In this document: positions 50,045 through 63,230 of the stretch, piece by piece | How positions within the stretch are numbered: position 1 is the stretch's first letter | Layout of the letters: the number at the start of each line of letters is the position of its first letter | From: Octopus sinensis | Taxonomy: Eukaryota | Direction of reading: 5' to 3' | Assembly (NCBI RefSeq): GCF_006345805.1 | Contig: NC_043011.1 | Span: forward strand, 13,466,464 to 13,530,463 | DNA length: 64,000 nt | The notes under the pieces: generated by a model | The model's database searches: none | Seen by the model: the letters and a program-made list of their open reading frames with translations, nothing else | What the model was told of the DNA's origin: nothing | Translations under genes and position numbers: made by a program

Positions 50045-51338
50045 CGAGGGGCGTTCAATAAGTAATGCCCCTGACCCACTTTCCATTGCAGTAGAGCAAC
50101 GAAACTTGGCACAGTTATTAGTCTTTTTCTACATAGGAACCACCCAGAGTTACGCATTTCTCCCATCGTTTGATGCGGCTCTGGAGACCGTTTTTGTAGA
50201 AGAACCCAGCTTGGTCCTCCAACCTCAACGTGTCTTCAGAAATCAAGGCTGCATCATCTGGGAAACGCTTTCCTTTCAAAAACAACTTCATGATTGGGAA
50301 GAGGTGAAAATCAGAGGGTGCAAGGTCAGGAGAGTAGGGGGGATGGGGGAGGAATTCATAGCCACACACCTGTGTTTCTGATCTGGCGACACGCGAGTTG
50401 TGGACCGGAGCGTTGTCCTGCAAGAGGAGGATGCTTTGCTGATCTTGCCCCGCCTCTTGATTTTGATAACTTCTCTTAATTTCCTCAAAAGTGAAGCATA
50501 ATAGGCTCCTGCAATTGTGGTACCCTTTGCCAGGAAATCTGTCATCACTACTCCGTCCTGGCCCCAGAAGACTGTGAGCATGACCTTGCCAGCGGAGGGC
50601 TGCACCCTTGCCTTCTTTGGAGGGGGTGAGTCACGGTGCTTCCACTGCATTGACTGGGCTTTGGTCTCTGGATCATCGTGATGGACCCAGGTTTTATCCT
50701 GTGTAATCAGTCTTTTGAAAAATTTTGACTCATCTTCTTGGCACATCTCCAAATTCCCCCTCGAGCAATCGACGCGTTCTTGCTTCTGGAAAGGCGTGAG
50801 CAACCTGGGAATCCATCTGGCAGACACCTTTTGCATATGCAAATGGTCATGAATGATAGTTTCCACAGACCCGGTACTAATCTTGACCTCATGGGCTATT
50901 TGGCAAATAATTATGCGTCGATCTTCCAAAATGGCAGCCTCAAATTGACGGACAGATGCCTCATCAATGGCAGAGGTGGGACGACCAGATCTGGGAGCTG
51001 TTTCCACAAAGTTCCGACCATGTTTGAATTCACGATGCCAGCGTTTTACAAGGTCATATGATGGGGCATCATCACCATAAGTTACTTTCATTTCATCAAA
51101 AGTCTCCCGTGGTGTGCGTCCTTTCAAATACAAAAACCGGATCACTGCTCGACACTCAACAGGCTCCATTTCACACTTGACTCGGTTCAAACACCTGTAA
51201 ATCAGAAACCACAATTAATACAGAGCTGTAATTTGCCACTTAATCTATAGAGATATAAATAATTGCACATGCAAAATTGATCAGCTAGATCAAACAACTG
51301 CAAGTGGGTCAGAGGCATTACTTATTGAACGTCCCTCG
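50045..51338 (-). mobile_element. Full-length mariner (1294 bp) with ~37-bp TIRs and TA TSD
   Basis: TA|cgaggggcgttcaataagtaatgcc ... ggcattacttattgaacgtccctcg|TA. Confidence 0.95.
50118..51172 (-). pseudogene. DD34D mariner transposase with one frameshift near 50435
   Basis: MEPVECRAVIRFLYLKG...RSGRP...WIPRLL...ITQDKTW...QDNAP(34 aa)SPDLAPSD; two overlapping ORFs, 51214-50288 and 50423-50118. Confidence 0.93.
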
Positions 51339-51344
51339 TACTAT

Positions 51345-51720
51345 ACTCTTTTACTCTTTTACTTGTTTCAGTCATTTGACTGCGGCCATGCTGGAGCACC
51401 GCCTTTAGTCGAGCAAATTGACCGCAGGACTTATTCTTTGTAAGCCTAGTACTTATTCTATCGGTCTCTTAACCCGAACCGCTAAGTTACGTGGACGTAA
51501 ACACACCGGCATCGGTTGTCAAGCGATGTAGGGGAAACAAACACAGACACACAAACACACACACATATATACATATACATATATACGACAGGCTTCTTTG
51601 AGTTTCCGTCGACTCGAGGCTAGAGTAAAAGACACTTACCCAAGGTACCACGTAGTGGGACTGAACCCGGAACCATGTAGTTGGTAAGCAAGCTACTTAC
51701 CACACAGCCACTCCTGCGCC
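51345..51720 (-). mobile_element. Family A SINE immediately outside the mariner right TSD
   Basis: Reverse complement of ggcgcaggagtggctgtgtgg...aagtaaaagagtaaaagag. Confidence 0.85.
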
Positions 51721-52216
51721 TTATAAATATATATTTATATATATATGAGGTTTTGCTATATATATATTTTTATTACTTTTATAATTTGTATATGTTTATT
51801 TTATTATAAATGCAAAACACCACCGCACACTCGCCTCCCGAGTTTCCTTTTCCATACAAAATGTACAATTCTTTGTTTACTCATCTACGGTACACTACGT
51901 ATTTTCTTTTAATATATCTTATATATATTGTTATACAGTGCAGTACTGTACTGTATTTTTCTTTATTAATTTATTAATTTTTAGGTTTGAAAATGCTTTT
52001 TTAACACAGAAATAATTAAAATCGAAAATATATATATATATAAATACCTATCGGCCGCAGAATCCCGCGATATACTGAGGACTACGCGATATAAATTTAC
52101 ATATATTAACCAGAAAAATTCACGATGCACTGAGGACACGATAGGCGAACCGCGATATGGCGAGTAATTACTGTACGTATATACGTATGTTTGTATGTCG
52201 AGAGATAGATAGATAA

Positions 52217-52285
<69 letters not shown>

Positions 52286-52334
52286 AAGAAAGATAATTAT
52301 ATATATACATACATATATATATATGTGTGTGTGT

Positions 52335-52376
<42 letters not shown>

Positions 52377-52388
52377 GATAGATAGATA

Positions 52389-53365
52389 TGTAGCGGACGC
52401 TTACTGAAATTCTCTCTCTCTCCCTCTCTCTGATATATATATATAACATAAATACGGACGTAGCAGATAACAGTTAACCTTCGGCCGCTTGGACCCTGTT
52501 GTGTCCACTACTCTGATTAGTTGGTATTGGCGCAATTTGTCTCTTGCTCTATTACGCGCCATTGTGCAACTCAACCAATCGCAACCTTCTGATAAGGCCC
52601 CGTGACACAGTTTTTCTAAAGCTCTGTTTGAGCTTATAAATTGCTATAAAACAGTGATTCATCGAGTCGAGCGTCTTTGGTTCTAGACCTTCTAAGGTCT
52701 AACCACTGACCACAGAGCACACAGCCAGTTCCAGCGACTACACCAGCAACAACATGGAGAAACATCAACACTTCATCCAGCAGCATATAGGACCTCCATC
52801 GCCTTCATCTCAACGACGCCAACAACATCTCTACGTACACAGCAACATTTGCTCAGGTTTTACTCCACGCTGTTTGTGAATACTTCACCATGGTTAACAG
52901 CAAGCTCAACCTGCGAGATCTTCCTGTATCAAGTAACTGGCACAGCATAGTAGCCACAACTTCTTGTTACGGCACTTCAACTATTGTGTACCTTACTACG
53001 ACCTAGTATTTATCTTCATTGTGTCTGAACTGCTAACATCCTGTTATAGACTCTTTCTATGCTCTATATTTTATCTCACACGCATACACCCTTGTCTGTA
53101 CACACATACGTACTACGTATGCATGACGGCCTGTCTATTGTCATTATTAATATTATTATATATGTACTTATGTCGCACACACAGACACACACTCTGCTAA
53201 CACCTAAATAAAACCTTTCTCTTAACAGTCTATGGTTGTGTCGTCCTTCTTTTCCTTCTGGCCCCCATACTCATTCATCCATTTTTGCTTTTATTATAAG
53301 CGACCGTGCGATGTATTAAAGGGGTCATTCATTCGTCACCTTTCCTTTCGCACGGTCGTTCTACA
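52389..53365 (+). mobile_element. Solo LTR, 977 bp, TGTAG...CTACA, 4-bp TSD GATA
   Basis: TSD gata at 52385-52388 and 53366-53369; TATA-like ctataaaa near 52645; AATAAA near 53207. Confidence 0.8.
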
Positions 53366-54008
53366 GATATATAGATAGGTAGATTCTGTTATTCTTTTAT
53401 TCTTTTTCTTGTTTCAGTCATTTCACTGCAGTCATGCTGGAGCATCGCCTTTAATCGAACATATCGACTCCAGGACTTCTTCTTTGTAAGCCTAGAACTT
53501 ATTGTATCAGTTCTTGAGCCGAGCCACTAAGTTACGGGGATATAAACACACCAGCATCGGTTGTCAAGTGATGACAGAGTGACAAACACAGGCAAACAAA
53601 CACACACACACAAACAGACACACACAAATATATACATATACATATATGTATATATACGACAGGCTTTTTTCAGTTTCCGTCAACCAAATCCACTCCGAGG
53701 CTATTTATAGAAGACACTCGCCAAAGGTGCGACGTGTTGTTGTTATATATATATAATGTATTGAGTATTAAAGGAAGTAGCGAGTACTTAGTATGAAAGA
53801 TTAAGAAAATGAGAGAGACTGAAAAAGCGTGTTAACGATACGAGATACTTTATTAGACTGCCGTTGTTGTACAAGGTATTTGTTGTGGCGGGAAACTTAC
53901 TGAATGTCCTTGTATCAAGGGAGACAATGGGCAACGTTGATTGTTCATGTTTGTTGTGATGATTACATAAACATCTTCCCTTTTCTTTTATTTTTTTTTT
54001 AATTATCA

Positions 54009-55260
54009 TCATCTGTATCTACAGGGAATAATTATTCGTCGTCCACTTTTTGTGGTTTTATTATTTTGTAGTGTTGAATTCTGTAGTTGTGCTGTTTTTG
54101 TTTTTTCATGCGTGTTTGTTGACTTTGGAAATATATTTTCATAATCTAATTCTTCTGTTATGCGAACGTGTTCGTTTGTTTTAAGAATATGTCGTCTATT
54201 TCGTTTGACTGTATTACCTTCCTCTGTTATTACTAAGTATGAACGAGGTTGCTCTAGTTTTTTAATTATTTTGCCCCTTCTAAACCAATTGTTGTTAAAC
54301 TTAATTCTAACCGTGTCGTGTGGTTTTAACTCTGGGAGTTCTGTTGTAATGTTTGATTTCTTCTTTTCGTGAGGCCTGATACCAATTTTGTCGTGTAGTA
54401 AGTTTGGGAGATTTGTTCGCAATGTTCTATTCATTATTTGATTTGCAGGGGATGGTGCACCCTTTTGTAATTTAGTCGTGCGTAATGCCAAGAGCGCTAA
54501 CTGAGGTTCTTCGCCACTCTTGAATGCCTTTTTTGCAAATTTTTTGAATTCAGCCGAATTGAATTCTGGACCGTTGTCACTTACAACTGTTTGCGGAATT
54601 CCGAATTTAACAAAAGTTTCTTTTAATTTTTTGATTACGGTTTTTGACTGGCAATCATTTATTTCGTGTAGATCAAAAAATCTTGTTGTATAGTCAATAA
54701 TTGTGACATACGAATTTCCAGACAGGTGAAATACGTCTGTACCCACTTTGGTCCATGGTGTAGTAGGTATTTCATGATTTATTAGTGGTTCGGCTGCTTG
54801 TTGGTTTTTGTAGTCAATGCAGTATAAACATGTGTTAATCATGTCTTTGATTTGAGCGTTAATGCCAGGCCAGTATATACATTCCTTCGCTCTCTCTATG
54901 CATTTTTCGATACCCATGTGTCCGGTATGTATTTCCTGTAGAGCTTCTCTACGTAATGACTTAGGTACAATTATTCTTGAACCTTTTAGAACGAGACCAT
55001 TGACGATTGATATTTCATCACGAACGGAGACGAATGGTTTGATGTTTATTGGTATTTTGTCTTTTGGGGGCCATTCTGTTCTTGTATATGTGATAAGTGT
55101 CTGTAGTGACGGGTCGTCTGCAGTGGCTTCTTTATACTCGTTTAATTTAGTGTCGGTTATGGGGTAATTTTTTATTACTGCATGTATGTGCGATTTCATA
55201 TCTTCGTCTGATACTTCTGGAGTATTTTGCTCAAGGTATGCACGTGATAGGGTATCTGCA
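54009..55260 (-). pseudogene. Gypsy integrase (HHCC and partial DDE core, internal deletion)
   Basis: VVADTLSRAY; HTGHMG...CLYC; DVFH; IPQTVVSDNGPEFNS; the segment carrying the catalytic E is missing (FAKK|AFKSG). Confidence 0.88.
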
Positions 55261-55309
55261 ACAACTGATTCTTCACATTTTTCTATTATGTCGTTTGTGT
55301 TCGACGAAT

Positions 55310-56566
55310 TTATTTTTGAGCTGTCTTTGCATCTATAACTGCGTGCGAGTTTGTTTTTGCAACAATGAATTTTATTTGTTTTGATAATTCTTTGTATTTA
55401 ATGACTGCTGTGCATTTTCCTAGCACTTTTATAGCTGTGTTATTGTAAGCTGATAATCGAGTTGAGGTTTTTTGCAGTTGTGGTTTTGGAATTATATTTT
55501 TATATTCTCTGAATGGCAGTACGGTTACGTCTGCTCCAGTATCAATTTTGAATGTTACATTCGAGTTGTTCACTTTTAGTTTGACCGTCCAAATGTCTTT
55601 TGGAGTCTTGAACTTTTCGATTTTGTGCACGCGGGAATTATTTGCAGTGATCATTTCGAGTGCATGTGTATCGTCATCTGATTCATCGTCGGTATGTATC
55701 TCTACTTTATGTACAAATTTTCTTGATTTGCACATTTTTGCATAGTGTCCTTGTTTCTTGCATTTTTCACATGTCTTGTGAAATGCTGGGCATTTATTTC
55801 TTTTGTGATTATAACCACAATAGTGACAGTTAGTGACGTAGTGTTGACTTGTCGCTTGAAACTTCGCGAGCTTTCTGTCACTTCCGCCTTGTTCGTTTTG
55901 ATGTCTGGATTGCATATGGCGAGTTATTTGAGTTTTGGCGCCTTTTCTATCGTGTTGACTATATACCCTCGAGATTTCGTTATCTCTTGTTTCGGATGTG
56001 GCATTTAGCATCCTTGATTAGAGTCGTGTTTGCTCTGCACTCTGACCTGCTTGAATTGTTTTTTGTAAGTCTAAATTTGGTTCTCTCAATAATCTTTCTC
56101 TTAATCTCATGTCTCTGATTCCACATATCAGAATATCTTTGGTGAGACTGTCTGTGAGGTTGCCGAATTCGCACTGTTGTGCCTTTTGGCGCAACTCTAC
56201 CACGTACTCATCGAATTTTTGATGTTCCGCTTGTCCACATGTGAAGAATTTGTGTCTCAGGAAAGTTATGTTTTTCCTGGGTTCACAATATGCATCGAAT
56301 TTTTCGATTACTGTTTGAAGGTTCATTTCTTCGTCGGGTGAATCGAAATCCAGTGTGGAATGGATATCTCGGCCTTTGGAACCGATGCAAGTTAAAAGCA
56401 TTGAAGTTTTTACTTTGTCTGGCTTTATGTCACTTTCTGTTGCTATCAAAAAGAGATTGAATTCTTTTTTCCACTTTTTCCATGCTGCGGCTAGATTTTC
56501 CTGATTAAAGTCTAGGTCTTTTGGATGCGGTAAATTTTCCATTTCGTCTTTGAAGTATGATTTCAA
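55310..56566 (-). pseudogene. Gypsy gag (capsid, CCHC knuckle) plus aspartic protease, with one in-frame TAA at 56018-56020
   Basis: WKKWKKEF...LLTCIG; CHYCG..H..NKC and CEKCKKQGHYAKMC; FKIDTGADVT. Confidence 0.88.
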
Positions 56567-57744
56567 CTTCTTTTTTCTTTTGGTTTCTGTATTTTGGGTT
56601 CTTTTAGTATTCTGACACCATGTTGTTGTTATATATATATAATGTATTGAGTATTAAAGGAAGTAGTGAGTACTTAGTATGAAAGATTAAGAAAATGAGA
56701 GAGACTGAAACAACGTGTTAACGATACGAGATACTTTATTAGACTGCCGTTGTTGTACAAGGTATTTGTTGTGGCGGGAAACTTACTGAATGTCCTTGTA
56801 TCAAGGGAGACAATGGGCAACGTTGATTGTTCATGTTTGTTTTGATGATTACATAACACCACGCAGTGGGACTGAACCCGGAACTATGTGGTTGGGATGC
56901 AAGCTTCTTTTTGAATATTTTTAATATTGTCTTTTCTATTTCATTGTCACTGTGTTTTTGATATCTTCATTGTTTAATCTATTATATATAAAAAAAAATT
57001 ATCACCAAAAAATGAGATTTTCAATGTTTTAGAAATAACACAATATAACGAATCGGTTATACAAGTCGAAAGGACTTGAAAACAAGAGTTGTATCTCATA
57101 CTTCCTAACCACCTCACCGTTCGTGAAACTTTCGAGCAATTTATAGCTAAAAGCTTAGTTAATGACCTCCCGAGGTCTGGCACGATCTTCTGTTATCGTT
57201 AATTTTCAACAGACGCCACATAATTCAGGATAACAGGCTTCAAAGACGCTCTTTGTCTCTTTCTCCTACAGCTCTATTCTGATGTGTCTAAAAATCTAGT
57301 GACATGTATTTATGCTGAAAGGCCCTCAGGTTGAATTCAATTAATTTCTAGCAGCTAATCTGATATTCAGTCTACGTAGTATGGAATTTTCCAACAGTTC
57401 TGGATTTACAAGGTACATGAAGCTCACAATCAAACAAGCACCAAATTGCAGCACATGAAAAGGAATGCCACATCTGCAACAAAAAATGCAACTCGTTTCT
57501 TGGTTTTAAAAGCCATTGTAGGTCCCATGGGCACTGAAAATAAAAAACAAAACACAGAAAGATAATTTGTCAATGATGGCCATACTCATTTAACAAGTTG
57601 ACAACCATTATGTATGTATGTATGTATGTATGTATGTATGTATGTATGTATGTATGTATGTATGTATGTATGTATGTATGTGTGTATGTATATGCTGGTG
57701 TGTACATATATATATATATATATATAATATAAACAATACATACA

Positions 57745-57884
57745 TTATTGTTTTTTCTGTGTCCCTTTCTGTAGAAGAGCGTAGGCTCGAAACGTAAAAG
57801 ATTTTTTCTATTCCTGAGCGTTATACTAATACATCTGTTTTGTACACCACCTGTCTTCGTCTTCTGTTTTTTATCGTAAACTCT

Positions 57885-57888
<4 letters not shown>
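57745..57888 (+). mobile_element. Short Penelope-type element in (TA)n carrying a minimal hammerhead-like motif at 57765-57800
   Basis: cttt CTGTAGA a gagc gtag gctc GAA ACGT A aaag; shares ttcctg.gcgt downstream with the 5345-5560 element. Confidence 0.6.
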
Positions 57889-57939
<51 letters not shown>

Positions 57940-58189
57940 TATCTGTTTCTTTATTACCCACAAGGGGCTAAACATAGAGGGGACAAACAAGGACTGACAA
58001 ACGGATTAAGTCGAGTACATCGACGCCAGTGCGCAACTGGTACTTAATTTATTGACCCCGAAAGGATGAAAGGCAAAGTCGAACTCGGCGGAATTTGAAC
58101 TCAGAACGTAACGACAGACGAAATACGGCTACGCCTTTCGCCCGGCGTGCTAACGTTTCTGCCAGCTCGCCACCTTATATATATGCATA

Positions 58190-58743
<554 letters not shown>

Positions 58744-59387
58744 GCATGTATGAGTACATGACATCACCAACATTAAACAACAGGAAATACGAAAACAAAT
58801 TAGTCCAATACGCAAACAACGAGAGAAACAAATGGAAAACAGGTCAAGTAACACAAAGAACGACCTCTCATCAGTTGTCGGCTGTCTATCTACTCCTCCT
58901 TTCGAGCATTTAACGACAATATGAGTCTTCGAAGACAGTTGCTCCCATAAATTCTAAAATAAAATTTGGGATTTATGGAGGGTCAAAATTAGGAACAAAA
59001 CAGGACAGTGGAGACATACAAGGAAACCGAACGTACACAAACATGGAAGGTCGTTAGACTAGAACAAGGGTTTATATATATATATACAAGACAAGGCATA
59101 AATAAGGATAATGGTCATTGCATATTTCTTTATTGTAGTAAATTTGACTTATAGTTGTTTGTAGTAGCCATTATGTCCGTGATTGCGGTTCTGTGGGTTT
59201 TATTATGAAGACAGCATCAAAAGAAGAAATACAAGGGACTGAGATCAAGGTTTCTCTGTGAACAAGAGATCGGTTCATCAGTATTCCGCCAACGTCTCGA
59301 AAATTTGCGCTGCAAATGGAGACGCTACCATCTTGCTAGTTGAGACACACCATCTTGCAGTAAGATAGAAACTCGTAAATATGCACG

Positions 59388-59422
<35 letters not shown>

Positions 59423-60896
59423 CATCTAATGACATTATGTAATAGGTAAAATTCAAAGAAAAACGATTTTATTCACTACAACGCGTGAATAAAATCGCAA
59501 CAGCTGATGTACTTGCGCGTACAAACACACGTTCCCACGGCTTTATCACCTGGAATCGATTTTTGTAATTTTTTCAGTGCTCAGATTGTTTTACCAGTAA
59601 ATCTCTGGCTTGAACTACAAATTTTAAAGGCGGTGCTGAAGCTGTTTATCAAAAAGGTGGCTACAAGTGGTTCATCATTGTTATTGACTACTCCCCTCCC
59701 CCCAAATTTCAGGCCTTGTGCCTTTAGTGGAAAGGATTATTAAACCTGTGATTGTTTTGATATTAAGATTGAAAAAAATCGAGCTTCTTTGTAAAAAAAA
59801 ATTTGGACCTGGGTTTGTACCCCTTAGCAAAGTTCATTTCCGGGTCACTGAGTGTGAAAACTATTCGATCCAAGTGCGTGGTGTCGATAAGCCATAATAA
59901 TGGTAAAATATCGGTATCCACCACTCCTTGGTTCGATCCGAGGCGAGTTGTCTCGCCTGGTCTATGACTTTCAGGTGTTTTATCACACAGCATTTATAAG
60001 GAGTTTTCTTAAACGTTATCCCGCAGAAAATTCAGCGAATAAACAAAACACATATACTGTGTTTTCTACGATGTTATTTATAGCTTCCATATAATTTCAT
60101 TGCCAACGCTTAAAGCTAATTAGAGGAGGTGTGGACACATGCTTAACGTTAAAATGGTGGTAAATAGCGACATTTTTTAAAGCATTATAGAAGCATTCCT
60201 AAAAAATAGAACTTTATTAATCAATTCTGATGAAGAGGGGGCAATTAATTTCTGTAAATTGATGTCTGCAGGAAAATGTGGTGGTCGTGGCATTCCAGAA
60301 ATCCAGGCGAAAATAATAATATTAAGTTGAGATCTGGTGAGAGAGAAGGATGACGGGAGAAGAAAAATGAACTGGTTTGGGTGGAGGCTGGTGTGCAGCT
60401 TACAAAAAAACCAAAAAGAAATAAAAGACTGTAGTAGGGGTAGAAGCAGAAAGAGGAACATTATATCCACGAGTCAGTGGTTATTATGCGTTAATGAAGA
60501 AACAATTTGACGACTTCCTTTGGATGCGGTGTTGGATTTGATGCGAAGCAGCAAAGCCATCCCAGCTGTGTGAAAAATACTCTCGTGTTGGCCAACTTGA
60601 GCTTGGTGGAAAGTTAGCTACTAATTCGAGGAGACGTATTTTCTGGCCTGAATGAGAGGCCTAGTTTTCGAGAGCATGTAGAACACGAATATGAAAACAA
60701 AAATTTGCGCAAACGAACGGAGGATGAGTGGAGAGAGGACTTTCGGAAAATTCATACGATCCGATTTTTCCCTTCATGACTTTCAGGAAAACATTTCCCC
60801 CACAGCATTTCCCCCCACAAGGTTTGTACAAGCTGACGGTCGTGGAAATTTCCTTGCATTTGTCACGCCCTCTTGACGCCCCCTAGTACATGGCGC

Positions 60897-61527
60897 CGCG
60901 GGCGCGAATTTTTTTCCCACGAGAGTTCCGGACTCAGTAATGAACTCATTTGAAAATCCACCTATTGTGTATGCCACCCTGTGAGTACAGCATAGCAAGT
61001 CTCACATAAATACCACATTCCCGCCCCATCCCCATCTTCATAGACCAATTGAGCACGATCATAGACCAATGGAGCTAACATTAGGTACCTATGCTCAGAC
61101 TGAGATTAGTGATACTGCATGTACCCATTGATATATATAAGAAAGGTACAATACGACACAACGCCATATTGATTACGATTTTTCCAGATCAACACCAACA
61201 TTTTAGGAATGTACAAAACCAGTCAAAAAATTAGGAAACTACACTCATTTACATTTTCTAGTAAATTAGGCAAATTGGTAACACTTAGGCATCGTCGGTG
61301 AGCAGCTCACCATTCACTTTATACACTAAATTTCACACCTGTCACCCCTATTAACCCGTTTAGAACAGTTGGATTTTGCTATAACGCACGTTTTCCAATG
61401 AACTCAACCAGAGTATTTTCGTGACTAGGTGGACACTAGTTTGATAGTTGAGCTCTGATTGGCTGTATGTAAATGAGATCATAGCTGGGTCCGGAACTCT
61501 CGTGGGAAAAAAATTTCGCGCCCCGGG
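60897..61527. mobile_element. Non-coding element bounded by ~55-bp GC-rich inverted repeats
   Basis: gggcgcgaattttttt-cccacgagagttccggactcag..ctcattt / aaatgag..ctgggtccggaactctcgtgggaaaaaaatttcgcgccc. Confidence 0.6.
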
Positions 61528-62269
61528 CGACTGCCCGAGTTGCCGGTACTTTGAACCGGTTCAGTCAGTTATAGACATTGTTAACATGCAGATAAAGTTA
61601 TTGTCGTCGCTAGTTATTCAAAATTTTCATGGGCTGGTAGTGAAGGCCTTGGCTGAACAGGTTTTGGTGGCGCTGTTAGTGGTGGTGGTGGTGGTGGTGG
61701 TGGTGGTGTGGTGGTGGTGGTGGGGAAGGTGGTGGAGTATTGCTGGTGGTGGTGATGAACATATTGTTGCTGTTAAACCTCAAGTCAATCCTCATGCACC
61801 TAAGATGAAAGACATTTTATTCAGCTACTGAAATACACCAGCGTATCTCACGTCATCGTCTTTCATTTTCGGTGAAGTTATTTATCTCGTTCAACTGCTA
61901 ATGGTGTTGTTGGGTTGGTGAGAGTAGTGGCTGTTTTGGTTATGGTGTTGATGCTAGTTGCTTTGATCATGTATACAGTGGTGGTGGTGGTGGTGAACGT
62001 TGATTTACATATACATGCATACATTGTATAATGCATTGTATAATGTATGCATGTCATTATTCAGTTTATTTCAAGTTTCTTGCCAATAGAGAAAAAACCG
62101 GTTTCTAACCCAGATCCAAGGCTCCTTCATTGGAATTTCAACATCAACAAAAGGGTATTTTTTTGTTTGTTTGTTTGTATGTATGTATGTATGTACGTAC
62201 GTATGTATGCATGTATGTATGTTTGTATGTATGTATGTATGTATGTACAGATTTGTATGCTTTATGTAT

Positions 62270-62916
62270 GTATTCTCATGCATGTAGTTGCATATCTAGA
62301 CATGCTCATATATATTTAAACGATAAACTTCTGGAAAGTTTTACAGATTTTTAGTTCCAGTGATGGATTGGATCTGCAGACTTCGAATTAGTTTTCTCCT
62401 CTCTGGTTTTGAGAAGCCTAATTTCTCAAGATTGGTACTTAAACAGTGTGTTACATACCCCAGGGCCCTAGTAATTACAGGTATAAACCTTAACTTGTAA
62501 TCTGGATAGAGTAACTACAGATTTCTCAATAGTTCAGCACAGGCGTTCTCCTTTTCCCTGATCTTCAGCTTTATGTTAACATCCACTGGGCAGCTAATTT
62601 CCACAACAGTGCACAGTTTCTCTTCTGTATCCCAAATCTTTATATCAGGTTTGGTGTGCTTACATTTTATTGAAGTCTTTACTGGTACATTCCACCAGTA
62701 TTCCTTTTCATTATGAGTCGCTATGGCTTCTACCATATTGTGGGTTCTCATTTCTTTGTCCTCGGGATTATCCTTCCGACGAATTTCATTATAGAGTGTC
62801 CTAGTTACAACGTCATGTCTCATCGGTAGATAAAACCGTGATGACATTTTCGGACAACTGTTTATGATGTGGGTGAGATCTTCGGTGTGAACTCCACTGT
62901 CTGCATCGGTTGTCAC
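62270..62916 (-). pseudogene. R4/Dong-type LINE 3' fragment (RLE domain plus 3'UTR) ending in (ATAC)n
   Basis: RHDVVTRTLY...WWNVPVKT..KCKHTKPDIKIWD...VVEISCPVDVN...EKEN...ELLRNL*LLYPDYKLRFIPVI. Confidence 0.85.
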
Positions 62917-63000
62917 ACTTTACAGCTTTACCTGCATCTCTATCCCTTTTGTGCATTAGGTATATGCGTGTGTGTGTATGTGTGTGTCTATGTATGTGTG

Positions 63001-63084
<84 letters not shown>

Positions 63085-63105
63085 TATATATATAGTGTAT
63101 ATATA

Positions 63106-63230
<125 letters not shown>

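Larger units (their letters stand above)
49961..52173. mobile_element. pogo/Tigger-like non-autonomous element hosting a mariner and a SINE
   Basis: TA|caataatctctcgactagcgcgg ... ccgcgatatggcgagtaattactg|TA; TIRs are imperfect. Confidence 0.6.
53735..56858 (-). mobile_element. Ty3/Gypsy (Mag-like) LTR retrotransposon, non-autonomous (RT and RNase H deleted), inserted in a family A SINE
   Basis: LTRs at 53735-53973 and 56621-56858 (4 substitutions and 1 indel); PBS TGGTGTCAGAA (tRNA-Leu type) next to 56620; PPT next to 53974; TSD cgacg/ccacg. Confidence 0.93.

Noticed and set aside
56018-56020. Programmed readthrough at the in-frame TAA in gag
   Set aside because: It lies between capsid and nucleocapsid rather than at the gag-pol junction; a CAA>TAA nonsense mutation is simpler.
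60876-60890. CTCF-like motif cgccccctagt
   Set aside because: Mismatched at the conserved terminal GG; a single short motif is not supportable without ChIP data.
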